DNA of 61,665 nt from Gaiellaceae bacterium (GTDB taxonomy: Bacteria; Actinomycetota; Thermoleophilia; Gaiellales; Gaiellaceae), in assembly GCA_036377055.1 (NCBI GenBank), contig DASUZD010000007.1:1-61665 (forward strand). Direction: 5' to 3'. The notes under the pieces are model-generated. The model did no database searches, was not told where the DNA came from, and saw nothing but the letters and a program-made list of their open reading frames with translations. The position numbers and the translations under genes were made by a program. Of this stretch, positions 23,730 to 32,700 are shown in pieces (positions within the stretch are counted from its first letter, which is position 1; every line of letters begins with the position of its first letter).

Positions 23730-24446
23730 GTGCTCCGGCTCCCGTCCGCGACCGCGGAGGTCTGGTGGGCCCGACGGAGCGATGCCGCAGCGCGTTTCGA
23801 GACGCTTCTCGACGAGGCCGAGCGCGAGCGCCTGAGCGCGTATCGCCGCGACGAGGATCGCGAGCGCTTCCTCGTCGGCTGCGCGCTCGCCAAGGCCGCC
23901 GCGGCCGCGTACACCGGCGAGCCCGTAGACGCCGTTCGCCTGGACCGAACGTGCGACGCTTGCGGGAAGCCGCACGGCAAGCCGAGGCTCGCCGGCAGCG
24001 AGCTGGAGCTGTCGGTGACGCACTCCGGCGAGCTCGTGGGCGTGGCGTTCGCCGCGGGGAGGCCGGTCGGGCTCGACGTCGAGCAGCTGACGGAGCGGGC
24101 CCGGGCGACCGAGCTCGAGGGACTGGTCCTGTCGGATGGAGAGTCGGCGGCGCTCGCGAGGCTCGGCCCGCTCGACCGCGAGCGGGCGTTCCTCGTCGCG
24201 TGGACGCGCAAGGAGGCGCTCACCAAGGCCACAGGCGCGGGCCTTCGCCTGCCGATGCGGGACGTGGTCGTCTCGCCGGCGGCCGAGCCGCCGCGGCTGG
24301 TCGGGTGGCCCTGGCCGGCGCCGCCGCAGACCGTCGCGCTCTTCGACCTCGAGGTCGAGGCGGGGTACGTGGCGGCGCTGGCCGCGCTCGGCGAGTGCCG
24401 CAGCGTCGAGACCCGCGACGGCTCGACGCTCCTCGCGGGCACGTGA
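23730..24446 (+). CDS. 4'-phosphopantetheinyl transferase (Sfp type)
   Basis: Motifs: GKP.....ELSVTHSGELVGVAF, VGLDVE and W(T)RKEALTKA. I take the GTG at 23730, 3 nt after the upstream stop. Confidence 0.8.
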   Translation: MLRLPSATAEVWWARRSDAAARFETLLDEAERERLSAYRRDEDRERFLVGCALAKAAAAAYTGEPVDAVRLDRTCDACGKPHGKPRLAGSELELSVTHSGELVGVAFAAGRPVGLDVEQLTERARATELEGLVLSDGESAALARLGPLDRERAFLVAWTRKEALTKATGAGLRLPMRDVVVSPAAEPPRLVGWPWPAPPQTVALFDLEVEAGYVAALAALGECRSVETRDGSTLLAGT

Positions 24447-24505
24447 ACTAGCCGTTCCGGGCGTTTCCAGAGCCGGGCACAAGCGCTCGGTCAGAATCCA
24501 GCCGT

Positions 24506-26647
24506 GTGAGGCTTCGCCCGCCCGTCGCTCACCGCCTGGCTCTGGTCGCGATCGTCCTGGGCGCGGGCTACCTGGCCGTCTCCTACTCGGTCCCCGCGAC
24601 CGAGTGGGCCGTCATGACGGACGAGCTCCAGACCTCGAAGCTCGCGACCAGCGTCGCGCAGACGCTCTCGCCGGTGCCGCGGATCCACGGCGAGTACTAC
24701 GGCGCGCTCAGCCAGCTCTACCCGGTGCTGATCGCGCCCTTCTTCGGGCTCTTCTCGGCTCCGGCCGCGGTGACGACGGCGCACGCGCTGAACGCGCTGC
24801 TGCTCGCCGGCGCGGCCTGGCCCGCGTACCTGCTCGCCCGCGCCGTGACCGGTTCGCGCGCCGCGGGCTATGCAGCCGCCGCTCTCACCGCGTTCGTCCC
24901 CTGGCTCGTCCTCTCGACGACGCTGCTGACCGAGAACGCGGCCTACCCGGCCTTCGTCTGGGGAGTCTGGCTCTGCTATCGCACGCTGGTCGAGCCGAGC
25001 CTGGCTCGCGACACGGCCGCCCTCGGCGGCCTCGTGCTCGTCTTCTTCGCCCGGACACAGCTGTTCGTGCTGGCGGTGGCGCTTCCATTCGCGCTCCTCG
25101 CGCACGACACCGGCTTCGCGCTCGCAACGGCGAGCCGAGGCCGCAGGCTGGCGGCGCTCGCCCGAGGAGCGCGCCGAGCCGTCACGGCCCACCCGCTGCT
25201 GGTCGTCGCGTACGTGGCCGCGGGGGCAGCCGCGCTTGCGACCCGCAACTCGCTCGACCGCGTCCTCGGCAACTACGGGCAGGCGGCACACGGTGACCTC
25301 TTCCCGAGCGGGATCTGGCGCGCGGCAGCAGTCCACTTCGACTACGTCGTCGTCGGCGTGGGCGTCGCGCCCTTCCTGCTCGCGACCGCGTGGAGCCTCG
25401 TCGCGGTGCTCAGGCCTGAACGGCGAGAGGCGCACGCCTTCGCTGTCCTCCTGCTGGCGCTCGTCCCGCTGCTGACGCTCGAGGCGGCCTCGTTCGACCT
25501 CCGTTTCACGCCCGGCGCGTTCGCCCAGGACCGCTACCTCTGCTACCTCGCGCCGCTGTTCGCGGTCGGCGCCGCCGGCGCGTTGCTCGAGGGCCGGCAG
25601 CGCGTCCTGAGCGCCGCGCTCGTGGTCGTGCTCGGCGCCGCGTTCTTCTGGATCGCAGGCCTCGCCTCGTACGGCACCGGCGTCGTCGTCTTCTGGGCGT
25701 CGCCGGCCGCGGCCTTCCACCCCACGCTGGCGAGCGCCGCGAGCGCCTTCGGGCTGTCGCTCGAGGAGCTCGTGCGCTGGGGAGGCGTGGTCGTCGCGGC
25801 CGCACTCGCCGCTGCGGTCTGGCGGGCGCCGGGTCGTGCCACGCTCGTCGTCGTCGCAGGCGCGGTCGCCGCCTTCGGCGCCGTCGAGGCGGCGTACGTC
25901 TTCGACCGGGTCGCCGCTCCGGCGACGCGGCGAGCGCGGCTCATCGAGGGAATCCGGCGTGACTGGATCGACGCCCGCCTCCCGGCCGGCAGCTCCGTGG
26001 CGCTCGTCGCGAACCCGCGCCTCCGTCCCGAGTACTGGTGGGACGCCGAGTTCTGGAACAAGACCGTCGACCGCGCCGTCAGCGTCGACGGCGGCCCGAC
26101 CTCGACGCCCTTCCCGGTGACCCGCCTCACCGTCGATCCCGGAACCGGCGCCGTCCGTGGGCGCGAGCCGACGTCCTTCCTGGTCGTGGACGGCAGCGAG
26201 TCGCGCTTCCGCTTCGAAGGCACCACACGCCTCGCCACCGCCGGACCGCTCGCGCTCGTCCAGGTCGCCCGTCCCTACCGCGCGCTGTGGCTGACGCAGG
26301 GCGTGACGGCCGACGGCTGGGCCCGCCCCGGCCGCACCGTCCACATCCGTTTCTTCGCCGGCACCCGGCCGGGCGCGCGCCGGATCGTGGTCACGCTGAG
26401 CCCGTTCAGCGAGTCCCGCAGCCCGCAGAGCTTCACGCTGCGCAGCGGCACAACGATCCGTCGCGGTCAGGCGAGCGCGGGCCGGCCAGCCCGTGTCCGC
26501 TTCACGGCGTGCGCCCCGCCTCAGGGGTACGCGCTCGCCAACCTGGTCACGCACGGCGTCGCCCGCCTCCCCGACGGCCGCGTCGTCGGACTTCACGTCG
26601 ATCGCGTGGAGACCGCGGCCGCATCGAGAACGACCTGCCGTGGCTGA
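24506..26647 (+). CDS. GT-C-fold-like polytopic membrane protein (ArnT/PMT-like) with a C-terminal extracytoplasmic domain of about 240 aa
   Basis: It has about 12 TM helices and an acidic DE motif in the first loop (MTDELQ), and its size and topology fit GT39/GT83-type enzymes. The family call rests on pattern only. Confidence 0.5.
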   Translation: MRLRPPVAHRLALVAIVLGAGYLAVSYSVPATEWAVMTDELQTSKLATSVAQTLSPVPRIHGEYYGALSQLYPVLIAPFFGLFSAPAAVTTAHALNALLLAGAAWPAYLLARAVTGSRAAGYAAAALTAFVPWLVLSTTLLTENAAYPAFVWGVWLCYRTLVEPSLARDTAALGGLVLVFFARTQLFVLAVALPFALLAHDTGFALATASRGRRLAALARGARRAVTAHPLLVVAYVAAGAAALATRNSLDRVLGNYGQAAHGDLFPSGIWRAAAVHFDYVVVGVGVAPFLLATAWSLVAVLRPERREAHAFAVLLLALVPLLTLEAASFDLRFTPGAFAQDRYLCYLAPLFAVGAAGALLEGRQRVLSAALVVVLGAAFFWIAGLASYGTGVVVFWASPAAAFHPTLASAASAFGLSLEELVRWGGVVVAAALAAAVWRAPGRATLVVVAGAVAAFGAVEAAYVFDRVAAPATRRARLIEGIRRDWIDARLPAGSSVALVANPRLRPEYWWDAEFWNKTVDRAVSVDGGPTSTPFPVTRLTVDPGTGAVRGREPTSFLVVDGSESRFRFEGTTRLATAGPLALVQVARPYRALWLTQGVTADGWARPGRTVHIRFFAGTRPGARRIVVTLSPFSESRSPQSFTLRSGTTIRRGQASAGRPARVRFTACAPPQGYALANLVTHGVARLPDGRVVGLHVDRVETAAASRTTCRG

Positions 26648-26781
26648 CCGAACCAGCCCCGTGTCGGTCGGATTGTTAAGCGTTGTTGACGGACTAAGCG
26701 ACAAGTCGTAGGTTCGCTCCTGCCGTCAGAACTGGAGTGGGAGGCCCCGCAAGTGCCTTCCCCGGGAGCGAAGGAGTCGCC

Positions 26782-29700
26782 ATGCCGCAGCATGCCCTCA
26801 CACCGGCCTCGAAGGGAATCCTGCGGCTCGGTCGCCGCACGCGCGCAGCGAGCCTCGCGCTCGCAGGGCTGGCGCTCGCCGTGGTCCTCGTGGGCGTCGT
26901 CGGCTCGGCGCAGGCGGCTCCGCCCTCGACCGCGATCACCTACGCCTACGACGAGCTCGGCCGGCTGGTCGCGGTCTCCGATCCGACCCAGGGCGCCGCG
27001 AAGTACACGTACGACGCCGTCGGCAACCTGACGGCGATTGCGCGGCAGACGGTCAGCGCCGTCTCCGTCCTCAGCTTCGCGCCGAAGGCCGGTCCCGCCG
27101 GGACGACCGTGACGATCTACGGCACTGGCTACAGCGCGACGCCGTCGCAGAACACGGTCAAGTTCAACGGCACCGTCGGCACGGTCGTCTCGTCGCAGGC
27201 GACGAAGATCGTCGCCACGGTCCCGGCCGGCGCGACGACGGGGACGATCAGCGTGACCGCCCCGGGCGGCACGGGGACGTCGTCGGGCTCCTACACCGTC
27301 GGCCCCGCAGGCCCGTCGATCACGGGCTTCTCGCCAGGCGTCGCCTCGGTTGGCGGATCGGTGACGGTCACCGGAACGGGCTTCGACACGTCCGCGATCA
27401 ACGACGTCCTCGCGACCGGCAAGGCGCGCGCCCAGGTGACGGCCGCGAGCGCAACGAGCCTCACCGGCTCGATCGGCGGGCCCGGCAGCGGCCACGTCGT
27501 CGTCGCGACACCGACCGGAACCGCGACCTCGACCGGGATCATCTACGTCCCGCCGTCGCCGTACACCGCAGCGGACGTCGACAACACGGCGTCGATGTCG
27601 ATCGGCGACACGCGCACGGTGTCGGTCGGCGCCGCGAACAAGATCGCGCTCGTCGCCTTCGACGGCAGCTCGGGCCAGCGCGTCTCGCTCACTTTCACAA
27701 GCGTCACGTTCAGCGGCTCGAGCTGCTGTAGCGCGACCGCCTCGATCCTCAACCCCGACGGCTCGACGCTCGTCAGCCCGAGCTACTTCGGCACGAGCGG
27801 CGGCTTCGTCGACGCAGCGACGCTGCCGCAGGACGGCACGTACACGATCGTCATCGACCCCCAGGGGACGGCGACCGGCAGTGCCTCGATGACGCTCGGG
27901 AACGTCCCGGCCGATGCCACCGCCTCGATCACGCCGGGCGGTTCGCCCGTCACCCTGACGACCACCGTCGCGGGCCAGAACGGCTCGCTGACCTTCAGCG
28001 GCACGAGCGGCCAGCGGATCAGCCTCGACGTGGGCAGCGTCACGTTCTCGGGCTCGAGCTGCTGTAGCGCGACCGTCGCGCTCGTGGCCCCGGACGGCTC
28101 GACGCTCGTGCCGGCGAACTACATCGGCACCCTGACGAGCGGCGAGGTGATCGACGCCACCACGCTTCCTCAGACCGGCACGTACACGCTGGTCGTCGAT
28201 CCCCAAGGACAGGCGACCGGCAGCGCCCGGTTCACGCTCTACAACGTCCCCGGAGACACGGGCGGGACGATCACGCCCGGCGGCTCGCCCGTGACGGTCA
28301 CGATCTCGACCCCGGGGCAGAACGCGAGCTACACGTTCAGCGGGTCACAGAACCAGCGCATCAGCCTGAACATCGACCAGGTCACGCTTGGCACCTCGAG
28401 CTGCTGCAGCGGCAAGGTGTCGATCCGCAACCCGGACGGCTCGACACTCGTCAGCCCGACCTACTTCGGCACGCTCGGGAACACCTTCGTCGACACGCTC
28501 ACCCTCGCCCAGACGGGCACGTACACGATCTTCGTCGACCCGCAGGGAAACGCGACCGGATCGGCTCGGCTCACGCTCTACGACGTCCCCGCCGACGCGA
28601 CGGGAACGATCACACCAGGCGGCGCCGCACAGACCGTCACCACGACGGTCCCGGGCCAGAACGCGAGCTACACGTTCAGCGGCACGCAGAACCAGCGCAT
28701 CAGCCTGAATATCGACAACGTCACCATGGGCAGCTCGAGCTGCTGCAGCGCGAAGGTCTCGATCAAGAACCCCGACGGCTCGACGCTCGTCAATCCAACC
28801 TTCTTCGGCACGCTCGGAAACACCTTCATCGACACGCTCACCCTGGCGCAGACGGGGACCTACACGATCGTCGTCGACCCGCAGTCCGACGCCACCGGTT
28901 CCGCCCGCTTCTCCCTCTACGACGTGCCCGCCGACACGACCGGCTCCATGTCGATCGGCGGGCCGTCGCAGAACGTCACCGTCACCACGCCGGGTCAGAA
29001 CGCGACCCTCACGTTTGCCGGCACGACCAACAAGAACATCCACCTCACGCTCTCGAACGTCACCATCGGCACGTCGAGCTGCTGCAGCGGCAAGGTCTCG
29101 ATCAAGAACCCCGACGGCTCGACGCTCGTCAATCCAACCTTCTTCGGGACGCTCGGGAACACCACCGTCAGCGCGACACTCCCGGTCGACGGCACGTACA
29201 CGATCCTCGTCGACCCGCAGTCGAACGCCACCGGCTCGGCCACGCTCACCCTCACCGACCCGCCGGTCGCGGAGACGCTCCGTGCGGCCCCGCTCTTCGA
29301 CCCCGTGACGAACCTGCTCCAGCCGCCGCGGATCGAGTCTCCGGCGAAGGTCGCACGCGAGCGCGCGCCGCAGGGCGCAGCTCGCTCAGCCGCGCCCACC
29401 TCCACGGCGGCAAACCCGCACCCGAACATCGACTTCGACACCCCGGACGCCGAGGACTGGACGCCGGGCGCGGGCAACCGGACCGGCGACTGGCGGCGCC
29501 ACCTGCCGCACAGCCCGTGGCAGTCGCTCGCGCCCCTGCGCGCCCGCGGCGGGATCACTGCCCTCTCCGGACAGACGCTGACGCTGAACGGCAAGCCGCT
29601 CGAAGGCGTCAAGGTCGAGCTGGAGGACACGAGCCTCACGACGAAGGCCGACGACACCGGCCGCTTCCTGCTCTCGGAGGCGCCCGACGGCCATCACGTG

Positions 29701-32700
29701 CTGATCGTCGACGGCCGAGCCGCCGGCACGCCCGGGAAGCAGTACGGCCGCTTCGAGATCGGCGTCGACATCGTCGCGCACCGCACGAACGCGCTCGACT
29801 ACACCATCTGGATGCCGAAGCTCGACAACGCCGGCGAGGCGACGATCGCATCGCCCACGACGCAGGAGACCGTCGTCAAGACGCCCAAGATCCCGGGCCT
29901 CGAGCTCCACCTCCAGCCGGGCACGACGATCACCGACGAGAACGGGAAACCGATCACGAAGATCTCGATCTCCCCCGTGCCGGTCGACCGGCCGCCCTTC
30001 CCGCTTCCGCTCGGCGTCACCGTGCCGCTCTACTTCACGATCCAGCCGGGCGGCGCGTACCTCTCGAAGCCGGCACAGCTGATCTATCCGAACTACACGC
30101 ACCTCCCGGCCGGCCAGCGCGTCCCGTTCTGGAACTACGACCCGGACAAGAAGGGCTGGTACATCTACGGCCAGGGCACGGTGAGTGCTGACGCCAAGCA
30201 AGTGGTCCCGGACGCGAGCACGCGCATCTACTCGTTCACGGGCGCGATGATCTCAGGCGGCCCGAACCCGCCGAACAAGGGGCCGAAGGGACGCCAGAAG
30301 GGTGGTGACCCGGTCGATCTCGGCACGGGGCTCTTCGTCGAGCAGAAGACGGATCTCGTCGAGCCTGGTCCGCTCCCTCTGGTCTTGACGCGGACGTACC
30401 GGCAAGGAGACGCCAACTCGTACTCGTTCGGGATCGGCACGACGATGCCGTACGACCTCCGGCTGTGGTCCGTGAACAACTACCAGGACGCCGACCTCGT
30501 CCTGCCGACCGGCGGACGGATTCACTACGTCCGGATCTCGCCGGGAACCGGATTCAGCGACGCCGTCTACGAGGCACAGACCACGCCGAGCACTTTCTAC
30601 CGCTCGAAGATCGCGTGGAACGGCAACGGCTGGAATCTCACGCTCACCGACGGAACGGTCTACGTGTTCGGCGACCTCGCGCCGCTCCAATCCATTCGCG
30701 ACCGGTTCGGGAACACGATCACCGTGGCGCACGCGAGCGGGTCGAGCGGCAACGTGACCCAGGTCACGGCGTCGGACGGCCGCTGGATCAAGTTCACCTA
30801 CGACGGTTCGAACCGGATCACGCAGGCGGCCGACAACGCGGGTCGGACCGTCGGATACACGTACGACGGGTCAGGACGGCTCCAGACGGTGACCGACGCT
30901 GCGGGCGGCGTCACGACGTACGGCTACGACGCCCAGAACGAGATGACGACGATCAAGGACCCGACGCTCGTCACCTACCTGACCAACACCTACGACGCGA
31001 ACGGGCGAGTCCAGAAGCAGACCTTCGCCGACAACACCTTCTACCAGTACGCGTACACCATCGACGGCAACGGAAACGTGACGCAGACCGACGTCACGGA
31101 TCCGCGTGGGATCGTCCATCGAGAGACGTTCGGCGCCGACGGTTACGTGCTCACCGACGTCGCCGCCCTCGGGACAGCGGACCAGCAGACGACGACCTAC
31201 CAGCGGCAAGCCGGAACGGACCTCGTCACCTCGATCACCGACCCGCTCAACCGACGGACCGACTTCACCTACGACGACTACGGCGACGTCACGAGCCAGA
31301 CACGCCTCGCCGGGACCAGCGGCGCCGTCACCACGAGCTTCACGTACACGCCTCAGTTCCACCAGCTCGCGACCGTTACCGACCCGCTGAACCACACGAC
31401 GACCAACGCGTACAACGCGAGCGGCGCGCTCACCTCGATCACGGACCCGCTCAACCACTCGACGACCTTCGTGCCGAACGGCGCCGGGCAGCCGACTCAG
31501 ATCACGGACGCCCTCAACCACACGAGCACGCTCACCTACGTCCTCGGAGATCTCGTCCGCGTCACCGATTCGCTGGGCGGTGTCGTGGCGCGGTTCGTCG
31601 ACAACGCCGGTCGCGTCGGCTCCGTGACCGATCCGCTCGGGAACGTGTCGAAGACGCAGTACGACGCCCTGAACGACGTCCTCAAGACGACGGACCCGAA
31701 GGGCGCACAGAACACCTTCGTCTACGACGCGAACGGGCGCCTGAAGTCGCTCACCGACGCCGCCACGCACCAGACGACGTTCGCCTACAACAACATGGGC
31801 CGGCTCAGCACGCGCACCGACCCGCTCACGCACCAGCAGGCCTACGCGTACGACGCGGACGGGAACGTCACGAGCTTCACCGATGCGAAGGGGCAGGTCA
31901 CGACGTACAGGTACGACAACCTGAACCGTCGCACGTTCGTTGGCTTCGGCACCACCGGAACGCCGCCGAACCAGAGCTACACGAGCACGATCGCCTACAC
32001 GTTCGACGCGGGCGACCGGCTGCGGCAGACCGTCGACTCGGCGAACGGGACGATCACGGACGTCTACGACGACCTGAACCGGCTGACGAGCGAGACGACT
32101 CCGCAGGGAACGGTCTCGTCGACGTACGACGTCGCCAGCCGCCGCGCGACGATGACGGTCACCGGCCAACCACAGGTGACCTACTCGTACGACGCGCAGA
32201 ACAGACTCACACAAATCTCGAACGGCACGTCGACGGTCGGGGTCGGCTACGACGACACCAACCGCCAGACCAGCACGACGCTCCCGGACGGCATCGTCGA
32301 GACGTACGCCTACGACAACGCGTCACGAGTGACCGGGATCACGGACACGCTCGGCGCGAACACGCTCGGAACGCTGAGCTACGACTACGACGCCACCGGC
32401 CGTCGCGACGCCGTCTGGGGGAGCTATGCCCGGACCGGACTCCCGGCCGCCGTCAGCTCGCGGACGTACGACGCTGGAAACGAGCTGACGAAGATCGGCA
32501 ACACGAGGACGACGAACGACCTGAACGGGAGCCTCACCAGCGACGGCACGACGACCTACACATGGAACAACCGCGCTCAGCTCGCGTCGACGAGCAAGAC
32601 GGGGACCACCGCGAGCTACACGTACGACGCGTTCGGCCGCCGCAAGAGCAAGACGCTGAACGGGACGACGACGAGCTACCTGTACGACGGGCCGAACGTC

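Noticed and set aside
24491-26704. A 737-aa minus-strand ORF opposite the GT-C-like membrane protein
   Set aside because: Its composition (Arg/Gly/Glu/Asp-rich, no hydrophobic core, no motifs) marks it as a shadow ORF. The plus-strand frame has coherent TM helices and high GC3.
27606-29263. Regularly spaced repeats as a possible CRISPR array or non-coding tandem repeat
   Set aside because: The period of 336-342 nt is far too long for CRISPR. The repeats are in frame inside one long ORF with conserved amino-acid motifs, so they are protein domain repeats.
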